Shown here: positions 37,487 through 50,300 of the stretch, one piece after another
Layout of the letters: the number at the start of each line of letters is the position of its first letter
How positions within the stretch are numbered: position 1 is the first letter of the stretch
From: Saccostrea echinata
Lineage: Eukaryota
Assembly (NCBI RefSeq): GCF_033153115.1
Contig: NW_026889805.1
Coordinates: forward strand, 7,998,001 to 8,062,000
DNA: 64,000 nucleotides
Reading direction: 5' to 3'
Made by a program: the position numbers and the translations under genes
Notes under the pieces: generated by a model
Seen by the model: the letters and a program-made list of their open reading frames with translations, nothing else
Databases searched by the model: none
Told to the model about the DNA's origin: nothing

Positions 37487-38167
37487 GATTTGAACATATT
37501 TTATTGCAATAAATATATGCCATGGGATTGGGCAGAAGTACTATAAACTTAATTCGCCCTCTCCCCACAACTAAAATCACAAAAAATTGAATTCTAAAGA
37601 CGTGTCCAACATTGTGCACAGAGTAAATTAACTCACATCATATACATGTATACAGCTAAATTATTGTTCATACACATTTTAAGTATAAGAACAATCGATT
37701 AAATCTGCCAGAATGCTGAATATAAGAATGAACAATAGAAAAGAGATATTCATTTTCAGCAATACTGAGTGAAGTATCCCCCCAGAGTAAAGTATGAGTG
37801 TCAACAATATGAACTTTATTAAATCTCAAGAACTTATCGAAGAAATCTTTCCTGGCCTCAGTGTAATTAGGACATGAGAAAAAAATAATGACGTGTGTCT
37901 TCTACCTTACCACAAGCATAAAGGACTAGATATTGGGTTACACCTATAAAGATCAACGTTTAGCACACAACTGTGTCGAAGTCAGGTGTGCAGTACTAAA
38001 GTATATTGTAGCGTCTTTTTCCAAAACTGAAATAAGGCGGGGCTACTATTATTTTTTGTGTGATTTTACTTTAAAAGCAGACAAAGAGGTCGAAAGACTG
38101 GTGTCTAGCGATAAAGAATTCCACTCGTTTACTACAGTTGGTACGTATGATGATTTGTATGTTTGCA
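37487..38167 (-). mobile_element. 5'-truncated CR1-group LINE (C-terminal zinc-knuckle region)
   Basis: Minus-strand NEWNSLSLD..SLSAFK and EDTRHYFFSCPNY..LLWGD..YIQHSGRF. 3' end AATAAAATATGTTCAAATC. TSD ACCTACTT/ACCTATTT. Absent from the paralogous site near 35228. Confidence 0.8.
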
Positions 38168-38404
38168 ACCTATTTAAAAATGTCAGAAACAATGTACGCT
38201 TTCAATACAATATCAAACTGATTGTATAACAATTAAAAAATATAATTTTACCATGAAATGAATGTCGTTAATATTAAACTAAAATCCATTTAATGAACTT
38301 TCACACAGTTTCTATATGTAATTTTATTTCTTTTATTATTTTAAGCTTTATCAGACGTGTTTTGGGAAATATCAGTTTCGAATGTATGGGTATGGTTATG
38401 ACTG

Positions 38405-40437
38405 AATGAAATATATGGAGATAACGAACAGTATTCAAGCTAAAAAGTCCATTAAACAATACAAAATAGGAGCAGAGCAAACACGGATCTCCAAACATCA
38501 GAGGTGGGATCAGGTGCCATGGAGGAGTGAGCATCCCCTGCCGACCGGTCTCACCCGCCGTGTGCTCCTTGTCATGATCGGGAAATAACGGGAAAATCCG
38601 TCGACAATTCATTGTGTAAATAATGGACTAACAATTAGTTTGAAAAACGTCAGTCAGCATTTGACTCAATGATAAATTGTATTTGCTGACAAGGTCATTG
38701 TATCGACCATAGAACTTACGAAATGATGACTTTAAACGAGACAGCTGATATTCTTGTTTCATGAACTTGTTTGTCAATAATTTACCTCCTTTTAGAAATT
38801 GTACATACGTAAAGCATGCTCTTGCGTATCGAATCAACTGAGAGATATATACCCCGTATGCAAGTGATGAAGGTATATTGCTGCATAAGTAAGGGAAGTT
38901 GACGATTGAGAAGTTCAAGTCATCACGTTATCATAAAGCTTGGTCGTTAGATTACCATAAACGTCTTTTTCAAGTAAAATATCCAAATATGAAACAGATG
39001 TGTTAGACTCTGTGGTATCTTTTATCTCAAGCTCACCGGGATATATCGTATCGACATAAGAATGGAAATAGCCATTGTTAATTGACAATACGTCGTCGAT
39101 GTATCTAAATGTCGAGTTGAAGGCCACAGCAAGTGTTTTCTTCTTTTCATATACAAGATTTTGGACAAAGTCTGCTTCATATGAATACAAAAAAAGGTCT
39201 GCTAATAACGGGGAGCAGTTGGTACCCATGGGAATTCCAATAGATTGTTGGAAGACCTGGTCTCCAAAAACCACATAGATATTGTCAATCAGAAACTCAA
39301 GCATCTTTTTAGCGCAACTTCATAGTACTTGTGTGTGATGATATCAAAAAGTCTGGACTTTAATTTATCGTGGGGAATGGTTGTGTATAAAGTTGAAAAG
39401 TCTGGGTTAGGGTTAGGGTTACCCTAACCCTAACCCAAGCTGTTGATTTTGGTAAAATCTTGAGATTTCAAATTTTCCAAAAGTTCCTTGGAATTCTTAA
39501 GTATCCACATCTGATTTACACCACTTCTCGAATATATTGTTGCACAGTACTCTTGAAGTTTCTCCTTCACAACTGTTAATATCTTAGTGAGGAGTAAAGA
39601 AAGAGGCTTGGTTGAACATACACTGGAACCCGCTATATATCTTTGTTTGTAAGGATTTTTATGAAGTTTCGGAATCCAATATAAATATGGTAATTCAAAT
39701 TAATTTTGGTTGTTTGGAATATTAAAAATATTCAAAACTGACATATGATTTTGAAGAATGTCTTCCTTAGAAAGGGAACAATGAGTATAAGTTGGATTAC
39801 CACTTGTAGCATTAAATCCAAGTTTCTCTAAAATACATTTAATATAATGAGCCTAACAAACAAAGACAATGTTGTTACCTGCTTTGTCAGCAGGGACCAT
39901 TACGTACTAATCATGTAATCTATCTAATTCTTTTTTCACTCCTGGATTATTGAATACAGAAAGATAGATATTTCTCATATTGCCCCTCAATCTTTTAATG
40001 TGCGATTTTAACATACATCTGATACATTTAATCCATTCTGACAAAGTGTCAATGTCTTCTTTTTCATGTCTGGCCCATCGCCTGGCGTAATCCTCTACAG
40101 AATCCATAATATTTATGAAATTCCGACGCCAGTTGAAGGATCGGGGTTCCCTATATTTAGGACCTTTTAAAATTAGTGATCTAAGGTCCTCATTATTAAC
40201 TATATTTACGTCACCAGTAATAATGTGTCCAGCAGGACTATAGTTATAGGGTGAAGAAGAACATGAACACGATGGAGGATTATGTTTCAGATATATCCAG
40301 GCCCTGTAAAGTTTTCTTGTAATAAAAAATTTGGAAGCAATAGTCGATGTATATCTGTAGGAAATACAAGGTGTAGTCTTTAACTTGAAATATGGCGGAA
40401 TACAAGACTGGGCCCTTTTGTGATTAAGAATATGTAT
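38405..40437 (-). mobile_element. Naiad-type Penelope-like retroelement, longest copy (5'-truncated, frameshifted)
   Basis: Linker with CxC (PPSCSC..GHIITGD..LRSLILKGPKYREP). RT motifs VPADKAGNNIV, YWIPKLHK, DFSTLYT, GIPMGTNCSP and RYIDD. The ORF ends DVFQTNC* with no C-terminal GIY-YIG, matching N-terminal-EN PLEs (Naiad/Chlamys). Confidence 0.9.
39403..39437. repeat. Head-to-head telomeric-repeat palindrome
   Basis: TGGGTTAGGGTTAGGGT-T-ACCCTAACCCTAACCCA, with perfect 17-bp arms. Confidence 0.95.
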
Positions 40438-40903
40438 CAAATCTCACGCACTTGTTTCATTTAATCTATACTATCAAACTGTGCTCTTGCTTTAGTCGTT
40501 TTAACAAAACTATTTAAACTATTCCATGTAGTTCATATCCACATTATTCCGTTCTGCGTAAATTTAGCGTAGAATGGGATTCAAGAGTAAGTGATGTTTA
40601 TGGTTGGCTGATCCTCCACCCACTTTCTTCATGTTTTATGCATGATCTTTTTCCCATCTTTATAAAGTTTGTTATTTCTCTTATTTGTAGTAAAAGTGTG
40701 TAACGTTGCGTCTTTTCATTTAATAGGGCTACCAACCTTTTAAAAATGTCATCAGAGAAAGAAAAATGAAGATAGTCCACCTTAACGTCTCATTCTTGAA
40801 TTCGACGATCGAAAGATCTACGCGCAACGAGATGTATATGTAAATCAACTTTGGACAGTTCAAAATAAAAAGAAACTCAAAGAGAGACGCTTCATAGCAA
40901 GAC

Positions 40904-41436
40904 TATGACGTGTAAAACGATGCATTATTATAATTTTTTTGTTATTCTTATTCAAAGAGTTTCTTATTCTAAAACAAATCATTCTTATTCGATATAATGT
41001 GTTTCCTATTGGGTAAGTTGTTGTTCCTATTCGATAAATTGTCATTTTGATTGGAAAAATAAGATTCCTAGTCCACGTATGTTATACGATTCCTATTCGA
41101 TAATCGTGTAATTTTTATTCGATAAGGCATTATATGTTTTCGAATAGGAATGATATGTTTTTAATAGGAATTGAATATGAATCATTTAATTATCGAATAA
41201 GAATGACAAAATTATCGAATAGGAATCACATGTTTTCGAATAGAAATAACAAATTATCGAATAGGATTGATAAATTATCGAATAGAAATCACAGTTTTTT
41301 GCATAACAATAACAACTTATCGAATAGGAATCATATTTTCTTGAGTAGGAATGATATGTTTTAGAATAAGAATAGCAAATTTTTTTAATAGGAATAACCA
41401 AAGAGTATAATTTAATGGAATGTTTTACACGCCATA
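40904..41436. mobile_element. Second foldback MITE family with ~21-bp repeats (IS3EU-like)
   Basis: TIR TATGACGTGTAAAAC / GTTTTACACGCCATA. 6-bp TSD CAAGAC/CAAAAC. Inverted arrays of TTATCGAATAGGAAT.. Confidence 0.75.
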
Positions 41437-41559
41437 CAAAACAGCAGTTAAGATTATTAAAAAGTATAAAAATTAAGAAGAATGTCAAAGATTTGATAGA
41501 TTTGTGAATGAATCGAAAAGCAACGTCATTAAAACTGTGTTGACGTGCAACGATAGACA

Positions 41560-42035
41560 AACATCTTCCCTTATTTAATGTAGAAATATACCATTATCAT
41601 CTGTATGGGGTTTATGTCTCCCTGTTGACTCGATACGTAAGAGCATGTTCTTCGTAAAACAATATCTTCAACGAGGCTTTACCAGTCTACAAGAGTATCA
41701 TCAATCTCGTGAAAAGTCAGCATTTCGCAAATTCTATGATCGATACAATGACATTGTTTGCAAAAACATCATGTTGTAGTTGGGCGTAATGTTGACTAAC
41801 GCCTTTCATAAGAAGTGTTAGGCCATGTTTTCATTCTGAATCGACTATACGGATTTCTCCGTTTACTGGTACCCGACAATGACAAAGGGTACACGGCAGG
41901 TGTGACCGGTCGACAGGGGTTGCTTACTCCTCCATGTCTCCTGATCCCACTTCTGATGTGTTCAGAAGTCCGTGTTTGCTCTGCTCACAATTTGTCTTGG
42001 AGCATGATTATTGTTCGTTATATTTATTTTTCATG
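41560..42035 (+). mobile_element. Naiad-type PLE 3' fragment
   Basis: Decayed RT C-terminus plus the 3' core at 41892-41974. Confidence 0.85.
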
Positions 42036-42195
42036 TAAAATATTGGTCTGATGACCAGGGTCTTTATATACATTTATGTATCTCATAGATATAATACTGT
42101 AATATATAACACATTGACGTAAAAAGAACTACATTGTACATGGTATTTACCTATTTACTATGTTTCAAATAGCTGCAGCTGTTCCAAGAAGGATA

Positions 42196-43106
42196 CAAAA
42201 GAAGATGGGCGTACTTGGCGTGCGATCTGCAGGAATCACGCGTACGAAACATTCATGGTTTAAATGTCCACGATTTGGTCTACTGACCAGAAGTGGACAG
42301 ACTTTATAAAGTTACGAACATAGGAAAATATTTAGAATTACATTGAAAAAGCTTTCAAATTTGAAATATTTTAGTCCACTTATCTTAATAGTACGATAAC
42401 ACATATATACTTCACATAAATGATAAACATCAAAAAAGATAATAGAGTATGTTATAATTATGAAATGAAGTTTCAGTAGGTTTGAAAATTTGCTCTTGCT
42501 TTCCGTGCAACAGAACCAAAATCTATCTCTTTTGAAAGTTATAAATCAGTAAATAAAATTCAACTGATACACAACTTGATTGTTTGTATAAAAAAAAATA
42601 AATTGCTCCATGCGAGGATCGAACCAAAAACTTTTCTACTCCTAAGGTAACGCATACTACTGGGCTATCACCGCTATACAAACACTTCGGAATTTAAAAC
42701 GAGAAAGAAGCAACGCATTTACACATTGGTATTTCTTTGGAAAGAGTTCATTTTTTATAGTCTCTGGGTCTTCTCTCCATTTTTTACAATGTTTGTTTGT
42801 TTCTTTGAATACAAATGCACTCGTCTTTTTAAAATCGTGGAGAGATGACCCAGAGGTAGCAAATTCTTAGAAAAACGTGGTTAAAAATGTAACATTTTGT
42901 ACCAAATGACTCATCTGGCCATGTTTCAAGTTATTTTTAAGGAAATCAAAACACACTATAGGGAAAATATTTTCCTTTCCTATTTCATAGGAACACAATA
43001 CATCAAAAGAATGTTAAAATTTAATTTTACAGTTCAATAAAGTTTTCACTTTTCAAGTGCGTCCCGATTCCTGCCGAATGTCAATCAAAAGCGCCCTCGT
43101 TCTTTA
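42196..43106. mobile_element. TA-flanked (Tc1/mariner-type) non-autonomous element
   Basis: Imperfect TIR CAAAAGAAGATGGGCG / CGCCCTCGTTCTTTA, inner GCAGGAATC/GATTCCTGC, TA on both sides. The paralogous site at ~35820 is empty. Confidence 0.6.
42604..42674 (-). pseudogene. Degenerate tRNA-like relic
   Basis: 71 nt with an A-box-like TAGCCCAGTAG and B box GGTTCGATCC at tRNA spacing. Acceptor and T stems do not pair. Confidence 0.45.
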
Positions 43107-44316
43107 TATGTGTAGATAATATCTGTGGTTAATAATGCTTCAGCTGACATTTCATATTATATATGTGAGTAATTTGTGCATTTGAAAATGTACGTAATAT
43201 TCGTCGTTCGAAATGTTGGCTGTAATAATCGATCATTGAAGGAAAAGTGATATTAAAATATATATATTTTTCAGAGAGAGATAGAGTTTAAATTCATAGG
43301 AACAATAAAAATTAAAAATTAGATGCTCATGTTTATATATTATTGTTGGAAAAGGATTTTTTCGTAAATGTCCATCTTATTTTGGAAATGGGCAACTATC
43401 CGCTTCAAATTCTCCATTAAATATCAATTGTATTCGTTTCCTCTTTGATATTTAATGGAATAAAACACAAAGGAAAAAAGTCCCACTAAACTTTATTGTT
43501 TTCAAATCATATAAATTTTTTTATCAAAACGTATAAAAATATAAATATTTGATTTTCGATGAATTAAATATAACAAACATATTATGTCAAAGTTTCATAA
43601 TGATTGCACTACAATAACGAATTCATACTGATACAAAATATACACAAATACCCATATATATGTAAAAGACAAAAAATGCCCTTCAACAAATCTGCAGCGA
43701 ACACTATTCCATAATCGAATAAGTATAGCACACATAAATTAAACTCTGACTTCATAAGCTATAGTATACTTATGAATTTTTTTTCGGCAGTAAAAACAGC
43801 GAAATCTCTGTATATATCATTTTATGGCAATCTTTAAGTTAAACGCCATATGATGTTGTATTAATTTGATTTACTTGAACGAAATATTCATTCGCGTTTA
43901 ATCACCTTTCACACATGTTGAACAATCTCAATTCTTTGAATGAGATGGTCTTACGGACACAGGTAACAATCATGATACGCATGAGTAAGTATCATCTCGT
44001 TTATTCACACTTGGCAGCATTCACACCATGATGAACATTCCTAGCACATGATCAGTATTGCTTCCTATGTGTCACTCTGAAATGATAAAAGGAAATATGC
44101 AGATTAAAAGAAATATTTAAAAATAACGATTGAGGAAAACCATATGGTTAAACACTTTACTTTGCATTATCATCTTTTTTTATTATTATAATTTTTCAAA
44201 AATAAAAATTAGGTATTTCGCTGTAAACGAAAATGTAATTCGGTATCGTAACCTGCCAGGTAAACAACAAGGTAGCCTGTGGGTGTGTTCAAAATATCCC
44301 AAACAAAACTCAGATT

Positions 44317-47300
44317 TCAGAATATATGCAACCACAGATAATTTGTTTTCTAGGAATGTAAAGGTATGACGTCTTCAATTTTATTAAGTTTATGAAGAAC
44401 AATAAATACCAAAGATAACATTTGAACTTGTACCTTTCCTACTTAGTAATCAAAATGACTAATAAGCCTGATTAAGTCGGTGTTACTTACAACAAATGCC
44501 GGATGTGGAGACCGGTACATTTGTGGGCGTGGCATGCGATACTGCAAAGAAAACGATGGAGATTTTTTTTTTTAAATCGGTATCAGTTTTAATATTACAT
44601 TTCACAAAATTCTTATATTATGAAAATTCGAAGTTGAAATTAGGTGCAAATATATATATAAGAAATGAAATACGAACTATTGCAACATTATTTCGCGAAC
44701 TTTATTTTTCAATCATTACAAATTAAGAGGTCATAAACGAAAATAAAGCTGATGTTTTCATTTCTATTTACCTCATCCCAATTTTCAAAACCAGCAGCAT
44801 TCCAAGGGGCGTTTCCTGTATCAGAATAAACATATAATTGTTAAATAAATAAATGATACAATTAATAATATATATCATAAACACCCAAAAAAGACCTAAG
44901 ATATATATCAACGGTATATTTTCACAAACAACTTTTTTTTTTATATAAAAACTCATTATAAATTTAAAAAATGAAACCATCTTCCAAAAATTACATCAAT
45001 ACCGGGTGTATACATATTTTAATGCTGTTCTTTAGAAAAAGCTTAATTTTGTGATATCATCATGGTAACGCCCATACTTGTTAATGCTCGGGTGACTCTC
45101 GGTTACAGTAAGGGGATGAAGGGTTTTCAATAGATACACCCGAAACAGAGCCATTACCTCAGAATCTACGGAGTGAAAATCTATAATGGGTGTAGAATGA
45201 CCGACTTGACAGTTTAATGTATTGATACACCCTTAGGGAGACAGAAGTTTATGAATCCACGATCAGGTGTGATCGAGTAAACAAAACAACAAAGGGAGAT
45301 GTCACAACTGGCGGGGCCGCAGATCTAATTTCACTGCTTACTGCCATGAAACATGTCATCCTAAATTCTAGTTTTATTTGTATATCCGGCTCGTTTACTT
45401 AAATCATCATAGATAACAACTAGCCAAGGTAAAAAAAAAAGTCTTATTTGTATTTCCATGGCTAACGATACAAACAGAATGCATTTTGATATTTTTTCGT
45501 CAGCAAACATACTTCATATTTGAATTCATTTTACGTCCTGATGAATAGCCTGGAAAAGTTTATTTCAAAATCACCTGGATTTTTTTCTTACATAATAAAT
45601 TCATATTTAAAGTACAATCGGGTAAATAATCATAAAAATTCTAAAAGGCCCTTTTTATTGCTAGATATTGCGACAAGTAGACCACTGAAAAAATTCAAGA
45701 TATAAAATCAGATAAACAGTGTAGTTTTAGCTGCACGTCACCAGTCACATAATGATGGCCGATCACTAGCTGCAATAATGTAGCCCTCTCCGATTTTTTT
45801 TTATCTGATATTTTCTCTCCAAAAAAAAAAAAAAAAAAAAAGGGAGAGGGCTACATTATTGCAGTTAGCCGATCACAGACTCCAGATATGAGCGGATCCA
45901 GGAATTACAATTAGGGGGCGTGATTTTTACCCCAAGGTCGGGGGGTCTGGGGGCCGCCATTAGTCCCCCAGTAAATGCACTTGCCCTGGTTGGGGTTTAG
46001 GAAGCTTCTGAATTTGGGGGATCATAAAGTAATCCTAAAATTGTTCTCTTTATCGGATACTTTCAGGAAATTTTAGCAGGAAAATTAGCATTTTATTGCA
46101 CTTAAAACGCACTGGTTTTGACTAATTACTAGTTTTTTATAATTCCTAAAACAAAGAATCGAAGTGTCCGTTATTTTATTAAATAAAATGCACAACATGA
46201 ATTGTATCTTTTTTTTTAAAAAAGGCATTTTTATGTTTATTCTATGCGTATTTGATGAAAAACCTTAAGATAAAATACTCTTTTAAACATTTCTTCTTCA
46301 CTTTCCAAGGTTATTGAAAGATGATTTTTTTTTTTCAAAAACCTGAGACAGGTAAAGCGACTTCTTGAAATCTTTAGTTTTTTTCGGTATCAAGTTGCTG
46401 GTGGAAGGTCTGAATAATAGATTTTGCAAAAGGTAAACCTTTCCTCCTGTAATATTGGTTAAAATCAAGTAAAATCCACGTAACGCTGATTATGCAAGAA
46501 TATCAAATTTTCTGTATCATAATTTTATCCATTTAGGTATTTTGATATGCACATTTTAAATACAGTGACAGTTTTCCCTTTTTTCATAGTAAAACAGTTG
46601 CTCATGTGCAAATCTTGAAAAATTCTAAATCCGCCAGTTCCAGATGCAAAGATAATTTAAGGTCTACTCACCTTTAAATGCTTTGGCTGATGGTAAAACT
46701 TCCATTTCTAGATTATCTGGCATAAAGTAATGATGTTTGTAGAAACCGTGATTATCATATTTGTATGGCAAGGAAAGATGGGGGTAGTTCTTAGCATCCC
46801 TAAAAAAGAAATCATCAAAGCGTGTTTGAAATATTTGTTGCACTACCAAAAGGCAGACTTTATCTGAGATTATCATAACTGTATATTTTATATTCTTCTA
46901 AAAAAAATAAATGCTGCTTTCTCACGTACTAGCAAAATATAAGAACGCAATAAAGGCTCTTCCTGCACGGTCACGTACCCTAAGAAGTGTATGATAAATG
47001 CTGTCTACATTTCATTACCAATTTCATAGAAAAATACATATCTATTTATTTATATTTATTTGGTTGCCTCACCAGTCGTCCTCCTCCATAAGCCGTTTAC
47101 TCCGGCGATGCCTCCTCGTTAAGATACAGGCCAGAGCCACGAGGAACGCTACCAGGAAAAACACAGGAATGCCGATTGCCAGACCAAGGATCAACGAAAA
47201 GTTGTCTACAAAAAATCACAAAATAAAAATCCCGCAATCATTTAATACCAAAGGTTTCAAATTTGATGCTAAAGTAATTACTTTGCGCTAAATTGACAGT

Positions 47301-50300
47301 ACAATATTTATTGTATTATAAATGACTTGATGACTTGGAACAATATGCGGAGACGGGAAAATGTTTATTCTAAGAGACTAAAGCTTGACTACACCATTAA
47401 TGAACAAATCTCTTTCTCTGTAGTTTGTATGTACGAACTTACCACTTTTAACTATAGGTCTGAAAAAGAGAAAAGATATGAATGAAAACTCTCATAAGAT
47501 TACATCAATATCGTTTTTATTTGATTCCAAAAATGTATATCAAATAATATCAATGGGAAAATCTCTTACTTGCAGACAGGGACTCCTGAGGATTCGACCA
47601 CACATACAGTGTCGGAGGAACAGGCGCTAATGGAGGTGTAAATCTGACAACTGTCTGTTACTGTTCCTCTTTCTAATTCAACTGAAAAACGTATTAAACA
47701 TGTTCCATATTTAAAAGAGTTTAATATACAATAATATATCAGCAATAATAGTAAGCCGGCTTAAAAAAGGACTGGAATAAATTATTCCACAATCCTATTT
47801 ATCTTTCATCTTTAACTGATGCTCCAGTGGTTGATCCCTGGCTTACTAGAATTACCTGTGTTACTTGACCCCGTGGGCTCGATGCTGCCTTTGCTCGCTT
47901 GCACGGCCTGGTTATCCAGGGTGACCGTTTCTTGTCGCTGGACAAGAGCCTGTACAGCACCGATTACCTCCCCTGTAGACTCCGAGTTAGTTGCGAGGGT
48001 GTAATTAACGATCAAACTACCAATTCTAAAATAAGTAGATGAAAATATTGATTAAACAGCAAATCATCATCTACCTGTAGGAACCGAGATGTGGTACCGT
48101 AAGTAATCCACTCGACGAAAGATTGTTTATCATGTAGGACAAAATGCACAGCTTTAATATCAGAAATAAACAAAAATCGATACTAGATGTAGCAATAGAC
48201 TGAAAACTTTGAGAAAATTATTGAAACTGTGCCTTTTCCCTTAAATTTCAAAAACTTAAAAAGTTATTTGGATCTAAAGAAGAAGCTAAAAATGATAATT
48301 GTTGCACGTAACTAAAAAAAGTTATCATATGAAAAACGTTTTATGCAATAAATGAATTTAATTTCAAGCTTCACTTTGAGAATTAATAAGAAGTATTCAA
48401 AAACAAATATATCATGATTTACTGTTCCTGTCTGAGGAACGGATATCCATATATCTGTTTATGCTTGGTAATATTTAAGAATTTTAAAATCGCTGTCTCG
48501 TTTGTTGGGCATGCGCAATCACTGGGTATGGATTTGGCGAAATCATGAATTAGCGGTATACATGTCCGTGAAGTATTTTTTATTCATGAATCAGCGCATC
48601 GTTGTCTGCGCCAAAGCCGCTAAAATAAAAAGCCCGCTTTTTTTAAGTACACATACAGTACGCGAGGCACCCCGTGTTAATTTCAATAGTTCCCGCCCAC
48701 TAACGTGAGACACAAAGACAGCCGCACGAGACTGACATGCATAATAGGCTCCTGAACTTTCACTGGGCAAAATTTACATTCAGGTGTAATTATCAAGAAA
48801 TCAACTCACCTAACTTTCAAAGAGTTATAATAGAGAAAACAATTAAAAATGTAAATATTTGATTTTAAACAAAATGAATCGAACTGTACCTCATGTACAA
48901 AACTGTGAGAGAAGCAAAAGTATTTCCAAGCTTTCTTCTGTAATAATCACTCAGCTGAAATAGTTAAAATAATTTAATTTAAAAAAATCTTTCTTACGCT
49001 ACATTTTATATTTCAAATGATTAAAAAATCGAAGAAAACTATTATTATTAATTAGCAGAATTAAAAGATGAAAGGAAATGACAACCATACCGATTTTTCT
49101 ACTTTTACTTTGTAGTTGAGGTACACCTGGCTGGTTTGGTCACTTAAGTCCACATTCGGTTGAACTGTAAGCGTTATCTGCATGCCAAAAACAGCTAAAA
49201 CCAAAAAATAAAATACCCCTACATATCCAGATATGTAATTAACATACAATAGTGCTTTAACTATTCCATAAACTTTTCCACATAATTTGATACTGTAAAG
49301 CGCATTATACTTTTTAAGATAAACTAAAAAAACGAAACGAAATCAAAGTAAAACAAATCACCAGCAGGTGCCTGGGTTGTAGAGGGCTGTGTACTTGTTG
49401 AAGTTGAGTCTGATGTGCTTTCTTGTGTGGTGGCTGCCTGAGTACTGTTAGTTGTGGCTTCTTGAGTGGTGGCTGCCTGAGTACTATCAGTTGTGGCTCC
49501 TTGTGTGGTGGCTGCCTGAGTACTATCAGTTGTGGCTTCTTGTGTGGTGGCTGCCTGAGTACTATCAGTTGTGGCTTCTTGTGTGGTGGCTGCCTGAGTA
49601 CTATCAGTTGTGGCTTCTTGTGTGGTGGCTGCCAGAGTACTATCAGTGGTAGCTTCTTGTGTGGTGGCTGCCTGAGTACTATCAGTTGTGGCTCCTTGTG
49701 TTGTGGCTGCCTGAGTACTACCAGTTGTGGCTCCTTGTGTTGTGGCTGCCTGAGTACTATCAGTGGTAGCTTCTTGTGTAGTGGCTGCCTGAGTACTATC
49801 AGTTGTGGCTCCTTGTGTTGTGGCTGCCTGAGTACTACCAGTTGTGGACCCTTGTGTTGTGGCTGCCTGGGTACTTGCAGATGTGCCTCCTTGAGTCGTA
49901 GCTTCCTGAGTACTTTCAGTCGTGGCTCCATGTGTTGTAGCTGCCAGAGTACTATCAGTCGTGACTCCTTGTGTTGTAGCTGCCAAAGTACTATCAGTCG
50001 TGGCTCCCTGTGTCGTGGCTGCTTGAGTACTATCAGTCGTGACTCCTTGTGTTGTGGCTGCCTGGGTACTTGCAGGTGTTGCTCCTTGTGTTGTGACTGC
50101 CTGAGTACTTTCTGTTGTTACACCTTGTGTTGTGGCAGGACTACTATTAGTCGTGGCTCCTTGTGTGGTGGTTGCCTGAGTACTATCAGTCGTGGCTCCT
50201 TGTGTTGTGGCTGCCTGAGTACTACCAGTCGTGTACCCTTGTGTTGTGGCTGCCTGGGTACTTGCAGCTGTTGCTCCTTGTGTTGTGACTGCATGAGTAC

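Larger units (their letters stand above)
35041..43825. repeat. Old tandem segmental duplication (copy 1 ~35041-37130, copy 2 ~37300-43825)
   Basis: Colinear similar blocks: 35041-35425 vs 37300-37486 plus 38176-38368; 35803-35870 vs 42177-42195 plus 43109-43156; 36824-37130 vs 43175-43825. Confidence 0.75.

Noticed and set aside
42604-42674. Functional tRNA gene
   Set aside because: Acceptor and T stems do not pair. Listed only as a relic.
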